DNA of 57,849 nucleotides, from the NCBI GenBank assembly GCA_045601475.1, contig JAZRZT010000073.1, positions 1-57,849 on the forward strand. Direction: 5' to 3'. The notes beneath the pieces were generated by a model that saw only the letters and a list, made by a program, of their open reading frames with translations, made no database searches and had not been told where the DNA came from. The position numbers were made by a program, and so were the translations under genes. Below, piece by piece: positions 1-10,085 of the stretch. Each line of letters starts with the position of its first letter. Within the stretch, counting starts at the first letter, position 1. Source of the DNA: Faecousia sp. (lineage in GTDB: Bacteria > Bacillota > Clostridia > Oscillospirales > Oscillospiraceae).

Positions 1-895
1 CCGGATGCTTTCCAAGCTGAAATCCACCTACGCCGATGGTCTTATGAAGGTGATCGGTGAGGACGGCCGCATCCGTACCACATTCCAAAACCTGGTGACC
101 GCCACCGGTCGGCTCTCTTCCACAGAGCCGAATCTGCAGAATATTCCCATCCGCACGGATTTGGGTGCTGAGATTCGTAAAATGTTCATCCCCGCACCGG
201 GAAATATTTTGGTGGATGCGGACTATAGCCAGATTGAACTGCGTGTTCTTGCCCATATCGCCGGTGATGATACCATGCGCCAGGCATTTATCGACAATAT
301 GGATATCCATGCAGTTACCGCATCCCAGGTCTTTGACGTGCCTGCCCAGGAGGTAACTGCATTGCAGCGCCGCCATGCCAAGGCAGTAAACTTTGGTATT
401 GTGTACGGCATTTCCGAGTTCTCCCTTGCGGATGATATTGGTGTCAGCCGATACCAGGCAAAGGACTATATTGAAAGTTATTTGTCTAACTATCACGGCG
501 TTCGGGACTATATGAAGCAGGTGATCGCGGATGCCCGTGAGCACGGTTACACCCAGACCATCTACGGAAGAAAGCGCTATATTCCCGAGATCAAAAGCGC
601 GAATTACAACATTCGCCAGGGCGCGGAACGAATCGCTTTGAATACACCTATCCAGGGCACTGCAGCCGATCTCATTAAGCTTGCCATGATCCGTGTGGAT
701 AAGGCGCTTCGGGAGCACTATCCCCAGGCAAAGCTTTTGCTGCAGGTCCACGATGAACTGATCGTGGAGTGCCCGGAGGAGATGGCAAAGGATGTTGCAG
801 AGCTTGTCAGTCTGCAGATGCAAAATGTTGCGCTTTTGACAGTACCGCTGGTAGCAGAAGCCAAGTGGGGAAAGAGCTGGTACGACGCAAAATGA
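1..895 (+). CDS. polA: DNA polymerase I, C-terminal polymerase domain (5'-partial)
   Basis: Family A motifs TGRLSSTEPNLQNIP, DYSQIELR, AKAVNFGIVYG, QVHDEL; truncated by the window edge. Confidence 0.98.
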   Translation, partial: RMLSKLKSTYADGLMKVIGEDGRIRTTFQNLVTATGRLSSTEPNLQNIPIRTDLGAEIRKMFIPAPGNILVDADYSQIELRVLAHIAGDDTMRQAFIDNMDIHAVTASQVFDVPAQEVTALQRRHAKAVNFGIVYGISEFSLADDIGVSRYQAKDYIESYLSNYHGVRDYMKQVIADAREHGYTQTIYGRKRYIPEIKSANYNIRQGAERIALNTPIQGTAADLIKLAMIRVDKALREHYPQAKLLLQVHDELIVECPEEMAKDVAELVSLQMQNVALLTVPLVAEAKWGKSWYDAK

Positions 896-1335
896 TCATT
901 TATACAAAAATGGAAGAGAGCCATGTTCCTCAGGTAGCCCGGTTGGAAAGGACTTGCTTTTCTGACCCGTGGAGTGAGAATTCTGTCCGATCTGAACTGA
1001 CAAATCCATTGTCACTGTGGATTGTTGCACTTGACAAAGATCAGGTTGTTGGTTATGTAGGTTCTCAGTCTGTCCTTGGGGAATCGGATATGATGAACAT
1101 TGCCGTATCACAGGAATATCGTGGACAGGGTATTGCTGTTGCCTTGGTAAACGAACTGATCGATTCTCTGCGCCAAAAGGGTAACTATCAACTGACTCTT
1201 GAGGTGCGTATCTCCAATGAGCCTGCCAAAAGACTTTATGAAAAACTGGGATTTTTTGAGGTAGGGAGACGTCCCAATTACTATCATAACCCCAAGGAAG
1301 ACGCACTGATCTTGCGAAAGGAGTGGGAAGTATGA
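892..1335 (+). CDS. rimI: Ribosomal-protein-alanine N-acetyltransferase
   Basis: FSDPWS, LEVRISN, LYEKLGF, RPNYY..PKEDA motifs; ATG at 892 overlaps the polA stop (ATGA). Confidence 0.93.
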   Translation: MIIYTKMEESHVPQVARLERTCFSDPWSENSVRSELTNPLSLWIVALDKDQVVGYVGSQSVLGESDMMNIAVSQEYRGQGIAVALVNELIDSLRQKGNYQLTLEVRISNEPAKRLYEKLGFFEVGRRPNYYHNPKEDALILRKEWEV

Positions 1336-2348
1336 ATATTTTGGCCGTGGAGTCCTCCTGTGACGAAACTGCTGTTGCCATTGTCAGAGATGGACGCGAG
1401 ATCTTAACGGATTGTATTGCTTCCCAGGTGGACCTGCACCGTATTTATGGTGGAGTTGTCCCGGAGATCGCCTCCAGAAAGCATATGGAAGCGATCTACG
1501 CCTTGGCGGATCAGGCACTTCTGGAAACAGGCCTAAAAAGATCTGACATTGATGCGGTTGCCGTAACCTATGCGCCCGGTTTGATCGGCGCGGTGTTGGT
1601 GGGTGTGAACTTTGCCAAGGCTGCCGCGCTGGCGCTGAATAATCCATTGATTCCGGTTCACCATATCCGCGGCCATATTGCCGCTAACTATTTGGCATAT
1701 CCCGAACTGAAGCCACCCTTCTTGTGCTTGGTGGTCTCCGGCGGTCACACCATGATCGTGGATGTGAAGGACTATACACACATGGAGATTTTGGGTACAA
1801 CCCTGGATGATGCTGCCGGCGAGTGCTTTGATAAGGTCGGTCGTGTCTTGGGTATGCCTTATCCCGGCGGTGCTGCTTTGGATAAAGCGGCACAGCAGGG
1901 TGATGAAAGCAAATATACCTTACCTTGTGCCAGAGCCGGTGAAAATCCTTATGACATGAGCTTTTCCGGCTTAAAGACAGCTGCATTGAATTTGATTAAC
2001 CATGCACAGCAGACGGGGAAGGAACTGGACATTAACAGCCTTTGTGCCGCATTTTGCGCCACTGTGTCCAATACCTTGGTGCCCCGTGTTGTAAAAGCTT
2101 TGGAGCAGACCGGTTATAAGCAGCTGGCAGTTGCCGGCGGTGTGGCCGCGAACTCCCGCATCCGCAAGGATATGAAGGAAGCTGCAGAAAAACTGGGGGC
2201 ACAGGTGTATATGCCGCCCCTTAGCCTTTGCGGTGACAACGCGGCCATGATCGGCGCTCAGGCATACTACGAATATCTTGCCGGCAATATAGCAGATATG
2301 TCCCTCAATGCCTACGCCACCAAGTCCATTTTAGGCGAAGCTTTGTAA
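1332..2348 (+). CDS. tsaD: tRNA N6-adenosine threonylcarbamoyltransferase
   Basis: ILAVESSCDET, GGVVPEIASRKH, VSGGHT, DDAAGECFDK, DNAAMI; ATGA overlap with rimI. Confidence 0.97.
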   Translation: MNILAVESSCDETAVAIVRDGREILTDCIASQVDLHRIYGGVVPEIASRKHMEAIYALADQALLETGLKRSDIDAVAVTYAPGLIGAVLVGVNFAKAAALALNNPLIPVHHIRGHIAANYLAYPELKPPFLCLVVSGGHTMIVDVKDYTHMEILGTTLDDAAGECFDKVGRVLGMPYPGGAALDKAAQQGDESKYTLPCARAGENPYDMSFSGLKTAALNLINHAQQTGKELDINSLCAAFCATVSNTLVPRVVKALEQTGYKQLAVAGGVAANSRIRKDMKEAAEKLGAQVYMPPLSLCGDNAAMIGAQAYYEYLAGNIADMSLNAYATKSILGEAL

Positions 2349-2483
2349 GAATTGCAAGCTATGGCGAGCTGTCCTTCAAAGAGTAATTTTGAAATGTTCA
2401 ATGTATAAATATTTTAGCTGTATTTATCAAAAGTAGCTGTATTCTGCGAGTTAGTGCTGTTAAACCGGTGAAAACCCAATTAT

Positions 2484-2634
2484 TGTGGACATATATCGTG
2501 GATGCAATTGTGGAAAACCCTGTGGAAAGTGTGCATAAGTGTATGTATATAATGAGTATAATTCATTTTTAAATTTTAATTGTATGCAAAAACACAAATT
2601 TATAGCAAAACTTTCACCGCAGGATGTTGGATAA
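2484..2634. promoter_or_regulatory. Cluster of co-oriented DnaA-box-like 9-mers in an AT-rich intergenic region
   Basis: TGTGGACAT 2484, TGTGGAAAA 2509, TGTGGAAAG 2521, TGTGCATAA 2530, TGTATATAA 2544, GTTGGATAA 2626; each a 7-8/9 match to TGTGGATAA. Confidence 0.55.
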
Positions 2635-2663
2635 ACAAGGAAAACTTGCAATCAGGTGATCGA

Positions 2664-3128
2664 ATGCTGAAAATTGCAAAGACAATGGGAGAATTGGACT
2701 ACTGCCAGTTGCTGTCCGTATACGATGAACAGCTTAAAACCGGAAATTCATATAGCACGGAAAGTGACTTTTATATTGATCTTGTGCAATTCCTGTCTGA
2801 CAAAGATCAAATCTGCTGTTTGTGGGCGTCTGAGGGGCGTTACACAGCCTGTGTCCGCGTAGAGCCATACAGAGACGGTGCACTCATGACCTGCCTGGAA
2901 ACGGCTCCCAGCTGCCGCAGACAGGGCATGGGATTGGCATTGGTGACATCTGTGCTGCAATTGCTTTCTCGGAATGGCTGTCAATGCGCATACGTGCATA
3001 TTGCGAAGGGGAATATGTCGTCAATTGCCCTTCACAAAAAAGCGGGATTTTTTGTTATATCTGATACCGCCCGTTTGGTGGACGGCACAGTATCGCAAAA
3101 CTTCCTTACTATGAAAGTTAATTTATAA
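2664..3128 (+). CDS. GNAT family N-acetyltransferase
   Basis: RRQGMG acetyl-CoA motif and N..S..LHKKAGF; SD AGGTG before ATG 2664. Confidence 0.85.
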   Translation: MLKIAKTMGELDYCQLLSVYDEQLKTGNSYSTESDFYIDLVQFLSDKDQICCLWASEGRYTACVRVEPYRDGALMTCLETAPSCRRQGMGLALVTSVLQLLSRNGCQCAYVHIAKGNMSSIALHKKAGFFVISDTARLVDGTVSQNFLTMKVNL

Positions 3129-3158
3129 AAAGTCGCCCACAGATTGTGGGCGATTTTT
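3127..3158. terminator. Bidirectional intrinsic terminator
   Basis: AAAAAGTCGCCCACA-gat-TGTGGGCGATTTTT between convergent genes. Confidence 0.85.
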
Positions 3159-3159
3159 A

Positions 3160-3591
3160 TTATGCATATTTATCTTTCAGATAGTACAATGCCTGCCGAT
3201 ATCCGTCCAATCCCTGTCCTTTGATGGTCTTCTCGCAGGCAAGACCTGCATAGGAAATCTGGCGGAAGGATTCTCTGGAATCTACATCGGAGATGTGAAC
3301 TTCCACCGCGGGAATGGACACCGCTTTCAACGCATCCAGAATGGCCACAGAGGTATGCGTGTAGGCAGCGGGATTGATCACAATGCCGTCAAACTTTCCA
3401 TAAGCGGCTTGAATCTTATCCACAATGCAGCCTTCGTGATTGGATTGGTAGTGCTCCAGATCCAAAGCGTATTCCTTTGCCCAATGTTCCAACAGAGAAA
3501 GCAGATCGGCGTATGTGTTTTTGCCGTAGATGTCCGGCTCACGCAGACCTAACATGTTGATATTCGGTCCGTTAATCACAAGGATTTTCAT
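3160..3591 (-). CDS. aroQ: Type II 3-dehydroquinate dehydratase
   Basis: INGPNINMLG.REP..YG, QSNHEG, INPAAYTHTS, EVHIS motifs. Confidence 0.96.
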   Translation of the reverse strand: MKILVINGPNINMLGLREPDIYGKNTYADLLSLLEHWAKEYALDLEHYQSNHEGCIVDKIQAAYGKFDGIVINPAAYTHTSVAILDALKAVSIPAVEVHISDVDSRESFRQISYAGLACEKTIKGQGLDGYRQALYYLKDKYA

Positions 3592-4820
3592 GATATTTCT
3601 CCTTTCTCCAATAGGGGTAGAATCTGTTCTACAGTATCTTCCGGGTTACCGTTGTTATCGGCGATCATATCGGCAAAAGACTGATACATTGGCGCTCTCT
3701 TGGTATACATGGCTTCCAGTTGTCCGCTTTGGGAAAGAGGGCGACCATCCACCGGGAGGGCATGGATATCTCTTTGCAGCCAAACGATCCTTCCGTTTTG
3801 ATGTAAGGGTGCATAGTTGTTTTCAACGGTCACGCACCCGCCACCGGTAGCAATCACCAGACCCGACTTCTTTCCAATCTGCGCCAGGGCTTCTGTTTCC
3901 AGTTTGCGAAAATGTGGCTCTCCGAAAGATTTAAAGATCTCCGGGATGGAAATACCGGCGTTTTCTTCGATGATCTTGTCCGCATCTATGAACCGTTTCC
4001 CGGTCCTCTCCGCAAGGAGTTTTCCTATAGTGGATTTTCCGCAACCGGGCATGCCGATAAGAATAATATTCTCTGTGTTGGCTCTGAGTTCTTCATAAAC
4101 CTCGGCAATCACAGAATCGGAGATCTCACAGGCTGTAAACCACTCGGCGCTTTCTTTTGCTTGGGCTACCAGCATCCAAAGGCCGTTCTGTGTTACAAGC
4201 CCTCGTTTTTCTGCATGCATCAGAAGCTGAGTGCGGTGGGGGTTATAGACGACATCCAGCACACCCTCTAAAGAAGGGAACTGATTGAGGTCAATCGGAG
4301 AGATACCTACATTTGGGTACATACCCACGGGGGTGGTATTGACGATCACCGAGGCATCCTTGTGAAGATATAGATTTTCATAATTGCTTTCTCCATTTCT
4401 GGAGATCACCACGGTATTGGCGCCCAATTCCCTCAGTACCGCAACTACGGTTACTGAGGCACCGCCGCTTCCCAAGACCAGGACCTTCTTGCCGGCAATA
4501 TGCAAACCGCTGCGTTCTACCATGGAGCGAAAACCAAAGTAGTCGGTGTTGTGACCCACAAGGCTTCCGTCACTTCTTCGCACAATCGTGTTCACTGCGC
4601 CCAAAAGCTCGGCAACAGGGGAGAGCTCAGCACAGTAGGGGATCACGTCCTTTTTGTAGGGCATGGTTACGTTGATGCCGGTAAAAGGCGTGCTATTTAA
4701 GAAATTGCCCAAATCCTCAGGCATAACCTCATATAGTGCATATGGATAATCGCCGAGATGCTTATGAATTTCGGGAGAGAAGCTGTGGGAAAGGGTTTTA
4801 CCCAGCAAACCGCATTGCAT
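3588..4820 (-). CDS. aroE: Shikimate dehydrogenase-shikimate kinase fusion (AroE-AroK)
   Basis: N-part HSFSP..H, NVTMPYK, GAVNT, NTDYFG; C-part IGMPGCGKST, ATGGG, RPL; ATG at 4820 overlaps the pheA stop. Confidence 0.93.
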   Translation of the reverse strand: MQCGLLGKTLSHSFSPEIHKHLGDYPYALYEVMPEDLGNFLNSTPFTGINVTMPYKKDVIPYCAELSPVAELLGAVNTIVRRSDGSLVGHNTDYFGFRSMVERSGLHIAGKKVLVLGSGGASVTVVAVLRELGANTVVISRNGESNYENLYLHKDASVIVNTTPVGMYPNVGISPIDLNQFPSLEGVLDVVYNPHRTQLLMHAEKRGLVTQNGLWMLVAQAKESAEWFTACEISDSVIAEVYEELRANTENIILIGMPGCGKSTIGKLLAERTGKRFIDADKIIEENAGISIPEIFKSFGEPHFRKLETEALAQIGKKSGLVIATGGGCVTVENNYAPLHQNGRIVWLQRDIHALPVDGRPLSQSGQLEAMYTKRAPMYQSFADMIADNNGNPEDTVEQILPLLEKGEIS

Positions 4821-5962
4821 CAAACCACCTCTGAGTAGCTGCCTAAATACTTAAACTCTTCGCAGAGCTCATCCAGCTCGCACATAAGCTGCACGAACTC
4901 CTCTGAATAGATAGAAGTTTCCAAATCAAAGTAGAACATGAATTCAAACTCCCGGACCGGAATGGGACGGGATTCCAGCTTGATCACGTTGATACCCAGT
5001 ACATACATCCGGGCCAAGACTTTGTACAGCGCGCCGGGTTTGTGGTTTAGGATCATCATGATGCTGGTCTTGTCTGCGCCGGGATAGATCTCCAAGTTCT
5101 TGCTGATACAGATAAAGCGGGTGCGGTTATTGCCCTCGTCCTGCACATTGGATGCCAGGCAGGTAAGGCCGTACAGTTCCTCGCAAGAGCGGCTGGAGAG
5201 AGCGGCTACATCGCTCCGGCCGCTTTTGGCCACCATATCCGCAGCGACAGCCGTGTTCTCCACCGGAATAATTTTTGCATTATGGAATTTCTTAAGAAAT
5301 TCTGTACACTGATTGATCGCTTGTTCGTGGGAATAGATCTCGGTAATTTCTTCCATCTTTGCACCCTTATTGGCCAGGAGATTGTGATCGATCTTCAGGC
5401 GGAATGTGCGCACAATGGAGAAATTGTGATGGATCATCAGATCATAGACCTTTTTCACAGAGCCGGCGGTAGAGTTTTCAATAGGCAGGATGCCGTACTG
5501 ACATAATCCTTGGTCAATGGCATTGAAAACACCGTCAAAGTTCTTGAAGTACATAATGAAGGGTGACTTGAAGATCTTTTCGCAAGCGATCTGCGCATAC
5601 GCGCCCTCTACACCTTGGCAGGCGACCATGGGAGCCTGGGGGAAGAGCTTGGGGGTGTTTTCAATAGAATGGGTGATTGTGTTATACAGAGCGGTAGATT
5701 CGGTATTGCGCTTGCGTTGATAGCTTCTGCTGAGCTCAAAGAGCATGGAGTACAGCACCCGTGTATAGTTGGCCATTTCCGGTCCGGCCTGTTCCGCTAC
5801 ATCCTGCAGGATCTCCCGTTCTCTGGCGGGAACGTAGATGGGGAGGTTGTTCTCTTTTTTGTAGTCCGCTACCTGAGCGGCAATGTCCATGCGCTTTGTA
5901 AAAAGCTTTACCAGATCACTATCAATATCGTTGATCTCTTCTCTGAGCTCTTTTAAATCCAT
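4820..5962 (-). CDS. pheA: Chorismate mutase/prephenate dehydratase with ACT domain
   Basis: LREEINDID chorismate mutase domain; PIENSTAG, NRTRF, KLESRP. Confidence 0.95.
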   Translation of the reverse strand: MDLKELREEINDIDSDLVKLFTKRMDIAAQVADYKKENNLPIYVPAREREILQDVAEQAGPEMANYTRVLYSMLFELSRSYQRKRNTESTALYNTITHSIENTPKLFPQAPMVACQGVEGAYAQIACEKIFKSPFIMYFKNFDGVFNAIDQGLCQYGILPIENSTAGSVKKVYDLMIHHNFSIVRTFRLKIDHNLLANKGAKMEEITEIYSHEQAINQCTEFLKKFHNAKIIPVENTAVAADMVAKSGRSDVAALSSRSCEELYGLTCLASNVQDEGNNRTRFICISKNLEIYPGADKTSIMMILNHKPGALYKVLARMYVLGINVIKLESRPIPVREFEFMFYFDLETSIYSEEFVQLMCELDELCEEFKYLGSYSEVV

Positions 5963-5976
5963 AAATGAACACTCCT

Positions 5977-7053
5977 TTATACGCCTGCGAGAATGGCATC
6001 AAAAATCGCAATGGCAGCGGCTGCCTCAATAACAGGCACAGCCCGGGGGACAATACAGGGGTCATGGCGTCCGGCAACCTGTAATTTGACGGGCTCCATT
6101 TTGGAAAGGCTGACGGTATCCTGCGCCACCGCGATGGAGGGGGTAGGCTTGATTGCAGCCTGGAACACCAGGGGCATGCCGGTGGTGATACCGCCGAGAA
6201 TACCGCCTGCGTTGTTAGTAGCTGTGCGTACAGTACCGTCTTCAATGGTAAATGGATCGTTGTTTTCACTGCCCCGCATATAGCTGCCCACAAAGCCGGA
6301 GCCGAATTCCAAGCCCTTTACTGCGGGAATTCCGTAGATGATCTGGGCAATGCGACTTTCCATACCGCCGAACATGGGTGCGCCGAGTCCTGCGTGCAGA
6401 CCCGTGACGACGCATTCGATAAGGCCGCCCAAGCTGTCGCCGCTTGCCCTTGCTGCTTCAATTGCCTCCTGCATCTTAAGACCTGCGTCACGGTTTAGTA
6501 CCGGGAAATCGGTGTTGATAGCATCCAAATCGGGTCTTACCCAATCCAGAAAAACAGGCTCGTCGGTAACGCCGCCGATGGCGGTGATATGGGCGGCAAT
6601 ACGGATACCCCTTGCTTCCAACCACTGCATGCACAATCCGCCGGCGATACACAGCGGCGCTGTCAGTCTTCCGGAGAAGTGGCCACCGCCGGCAGTATCC
6701 TGGAAACCGCCGTACTTGATTGCAGCGGTATAGTCCGCATGGCCGGGACGAGGGCGGTCCTTTAAAGTGCTGTAGTCAGTAGATCTTGTATTGGTATTAT
6801 GAATAATAGCTGCAATGAGGGCACCGCAGGTAACGCCGTCAACAATTCCGGACAAAAACTCCGGTTTGTCCGCCTCCTTGCGGGGCGTAGAATAGCTGTT
6901 ATTACCAGGTGCTCTGCGGTCTAAAAAGGTTTGCAGTTTTTCTATGTCAACGGGAAGTCCTGCGGGAATGCCATCTAAAGTCATACCGATGGCAGGACCG
7001 TGGGATTGACCGAAAATGGAAAGTTTCAGATATTCACCGTATGTACTGCTCAT
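5977..7053 (-). CDS. aroC: Chorismate synthase
   Basis: FGQSHG, RPGHAD, SGRLTA, KPTPSI, GRHDPC. Confidence 0.97.
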   Translation of the reverse strand: MSSTYGEYLKLSIFGQSHGPAIGMTLDGIPAGLPVDIEKLQTFLDRRAPGNNSYSTPRKEADKPEFLSGIVDGVTCGALIAAIIHNTNTRSTDYSTLKDRPRPGHADYTAAIKYGGFQDTAGGGHFSGRLTAPLCIAGGLCMQWLEARGIRIAAHITAIGGVTDEPVFLDWVRPDLDAINTDFPVLNRDAGLKMQEAIEAARASGDSLGGLIECVVTGLHAGLGAPMFGGMESRIAQIIYGIPAVKGLEFGSGFVGSYMRGSENNDPFTIEDGTVRTATNNAGGILGGITTGMPLVFQAAIKPTPSIAVAQDTVSLSKMEPVKLQVAGRHDPCIVPRAVPVIEAAAAIAIFDAILAGV

Positions 7054-8203
7054 AATTGCCTCCTAATTTGCGGAAGTCATCCCAAAAACCGGGATAGGAT
7101 TTTGCAACACAATCTGCACCCAGAATGGTCACAGGATCGGTGGCTGTCGTAGCGGCGATAGCAGCGGCCATGGCAATGCGATGGTCACCCACAGAATCCA
7201 CTGTACCGCCATGGAATAGCGCAGGCTTGACTTCCAGCTCGTTTTCAGAAATCAAAACCTCAGCACCGAGATTTTGAAGCAGGGATGCAGTGGACAGAAC
7301 TCTATCAGACTCTTTCAGTCGCAGACGCCGTATGTTTGTAAACTTAGCGCCACGTTTGCTGCAGGCGGCGACAGCCAAAATTGGCACTAAATCGGGGATG
7401 TCAGATGCATCAACCGTTTGGTATGTGTCAAAACTCTCCAAAATTCCGGCGACTGCCCGATCACCCTGGGAAGAGTTCTCACATAAACCACTGACAGTAA
7501 TCTTGCTGCCCAAGGCATTTGCACCGAGAAAGAAAGCCGCGTTGCTCCAGTCACCTTCGATGTGGAGGACTCCGGGGGTGTGGAAGGGGAAGTGAGTACC
7601 GAATGTTTTTAAAACATCCTGCGTCATGCGGATGTAGGGTGCAGATTCAATATTTCCGGTGATATCCAATGTGGATTTTCCCGGCAGCAGAGATATAGCG
7701 AACAGTAATCCGGAGATAAACTGACTGGAAACACTGCCGTCAATGGAGTATTCTCCGCTTTGAAGTTGTTCTTCGCAGCGAATGGTGTTATCCGTGGGGC
7801 GGGTGAGACGACATCCCATGCGTTCCAACTCCTCCCATAACGGGGAAAGAGGGCGCTGTGGGAGTCTGCCTGCCATGATAAATGTTGCGTCTACACCCAG
7901 TGCGGCGGCCACGGGGAGCATAAACCGCAGGGTGGAGCCGCTTTCGCCGCAATCCAAGGTGGCCGCAGCGGGTAGCTCTCTCACAGGTGTAACCTGATAA
8001 CCATCATCGGTTCTCTGAATATCAGCGCCCAAAGCACGCAGACATCCTGCGGTAGCCTCGATATCCCGGTTGGTCTCCCGACAATATATCATTGTAGGTC
8101 CATCGGAAAAAGCGGCACAGATCAGCACACGGTGTGCCTGGGATTTGGAAGGAATTGCGGGAATCGTGCCGGAGAGTTTTCCGGGGTATACGGTAATGTC
8201 CAT
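7034..8203 (-). CDS. aroA: EPSP synthase
   Basis: PSKSQAHR, CGESGSTLRF, SSQFISG, LRLKESDR, DHRIAM, KSYP. Confidence 0.96.
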   Translation of the reverse strand: MDITVYPGKLSGTIPAIPSKSQAHRVLICAAFSDGPTMIYCRETNRDIEATAGCLRALGADIQRTDDGYQVTPVRELPAAATLDCGESGSTLRFMLPVAAALGVDATFIMAGRLPQRPLSPLWEELERMGCRLTRPTDNTIRCEEQLQSGEYSIDGSVSSQFISGLLFAISLLPGKSTLDITGNIESAPYIRMTQDVLKTFGTHFPFHTPGVLHIEGDWSNAAFFLGANALGSKITVSGLCENSSQGDRAVAGILESFDTYQTVDASDIPDLVPILAVAACSKRGAKFTNIRRLRLKESDRVLSTASLLQNLGAEVLISENELEVKPALFHGGTVDSVGDHRIAMAAAIAATTATDPVTILGADCVAKSYPGFWDDFRKLGGNYEQYIR

Positions 8204-8205
8204 AC

Positions 8206-9258
8206 TTAAAGTCCTGCTTCAATAACAGTTTTTAGTTCACTGATGGGTGTTTTGTGGATCTTGCAATTACCAATATCATGGGGAACGATCAGATTGATTG
8301 CGTCGCCATTCCGTTTTTTATCCCCTAGGATATAAGGTAGCAGCGCCTCTGCGGAATACTCCGTCTCAATGGGAAGAGAGAACTTCAGCAAGGCCGCGAG
8401 AATGGAGCGGTAGCCGCTTTCGGGAAGCTGACCTAAGGTAAAAGCAGCTTTTGCAATCACCGCGATGCCTGCGGCAACAGCACTTCCATGGGAGGTCGTA
8501 TAGCGGCTGATGGCTTCTATACCATGACCAATGGTGTGGCCCAAATTTAACTTTTGGCGACTGGCGGTATCAAACTCGTCCTCACAAACCACATCTTTTT
8601 TTAATTCCACACACCGGCAGATCACATATTCCCGGTCAAAAGCTGGGCCGCTTAGTAACAAATGGTCAAAGAGGTCCTTATCATACAGGATACCGTATTT
8701 GATAACCTCTGCGCAGCCGTCACGAAACACATCTTCCGGCAAAGTGGCCAAGGTGTTGATATCGCACAGCACAAGACTGGGCTGATAGAAGGCGCCGGCT
8801 AAGTTCTTACCGGAAGGCAGGTCGATTGCAGTCTTGCCGCCTACGGAGGAGTCTACCATGGCCAGCAGGGTGGTGGGGATCTGAATAAAGGAAATACCCC
8901 GCAGGTATGTGGCGGCCACAAAGCCGGTCATATCTCCGACTACGCCGCCGCCAAGGGCGATAAGCAGGTCGGAACGAGTCAGCTTATTCTGCGCTAAGAA
9001 ATCCAGAATGTCCAGATATGTTGCGCCATTTTTGCTGTTCTCACCGGCTGGGAATGTGTAGGAAATCGCATCAAAACCTTTGTCAATTAAGGCTTCTAGA
9101 ACGGTTTGCATGTACAGCGGGGATATATTGCTGTCGCTAATTACGGCGACCTTACAGGTATTCTTTACAGCGCAGATATACCGGCCAAGGGAGGGCAGCA
9201 GATCGTTTCCGATGATGACATCGTATTCATTTGAGGTTGTCACATGAACGGTTTTCAT
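8206..9258 (-). CDS. aroB: 3-dehydroquinate synthase
   Basis: GGGVVGD, PTTLLAMVDSSVGGKT, KNLAGAFYQP, LNLGHT. Confidence 0.97.
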   Translation of the reverse strand: MKTVHVTTSNEYDVIIGNDLLPSLGRYICAVKNTCKVAVISDSNISPLYMQTVLEALIDKGFDAISYTFPAGENSKNGATYLDILDFLAQNKLTRSDLLIALGGGVVGDMTGFVAATYLRGISFIQIPTTLLAMVDSSVGGKTAIDLPSGKNLAGAFYQPSLVLCDINTLATLPEDVFRDGCAEVIKYGILYDKDLFDHLLLSGPAFDREYVICRCVELKKDVVCEDEFDTASRQKLNLGHTIGHGIEAISRYTTSHGSAVAAGIAVIAKAAFTLGQLPESGYRSILAALLKFSLPIETEYSAEALLPYILGDKKRNGDAINLIVPHDIGNCKIHKTPISELKTVIEAGL

Positions 9259-10085
9259 CCGTCTACTTCCTCCTTGCGTTTTCTGCCTTCATCCAATAAC
9301 CGAATGAGCTCAGATGTATCTTCTGCTGCTACGGCTTGTCTGTACTTCGCAAGAGAATCCATCAGAAAATCAAGCTCCTGAAGAACATTTTCCTTGTTGG
9401 ATAGAAACAGCTCGGCCCACATGGTGGGATTCAGCCAGGCAACTCTTGTGAGATCTTTATAACTTCCTGCGGAGAAACCGGAATGGGACAAAGCTGTAGG
9501 GGATTTGATAAAGGCGTTGCTGATGATATGGGGCATCTGGGAGGTGAAGGCGATCAGCCTGTCGTGTTCTGCGGCGGTTGTCACAGAGAAGGATTTAAAA
9601 CCGCAGGGGGCTAACGCGTCTTTTACACGCTGTAATAGCTCAGGATCGTCGTAACGGGGCGGAACGATCACCATGGGCGCACCCTGGAACAGGTTAGATC
9701 TGCTGGCTTTAAAGCCGCTGTTGTGTGAACCTGCCATAGGATGCCCGCCAACAAAAATGAAGCCGTATTTCTCCGCCACAGGAAAACAGCGGTCGCAGAC
9801 ATTCTGTTTTACGCCGCAGCAATCAATGACTAGGGTGGTTTTTTTAATGTAGCATCCGTTTGTTTCCAGCCAGTCAGCCGAGGCGTCTGCAAAAATACAC
9901 AGAAGGATCAGATCACAATCTGCGATGGTGTTTGCATCCAATCTGCCGCTGACAACACCTGCCAGTTGGGAGAATTCAAAAATAATGTCATCATTGTCCT
10001 GAGCATAAACAGTAGCGCCGGCTTTGGCATAGGCTCTTGCCATGGAACCGCCGATAAGACCAAGGCCAAGGATTCCCACGTTCAT
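9255..10085 (-). CDS. tyrA: Prephenate dehydrogenase
   Basis: GLGLIGGS, GGHPMAG, HD...AFTSQMPH, DLTRVA. Confidence 0.95.
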   Translation of the reverse strand: MNVGILGLGLIGGSMARAYAKAGATVYAQDNDDIIFEFSQLAGVVSGRLDANTIADCDLILLCIFADASADWLETNGCYIKKTTLVIDCCGVKQNVCDRCFPVAEKYGFIFVGGHPMAGSHNSGFKASRSNLFQGAPMVIVPPRYDDPELLQRVKDALAPCGFKSFSVTTAAEHDRLIAFTSQMPHIISNAFIKSPTALSHSGFSAGSYKDLTRVAWLNPTMWAELFLSNKENVLQELDFLMDSLAKYRQAVAAEDTSELIRLLDEGRKRKEEVDG

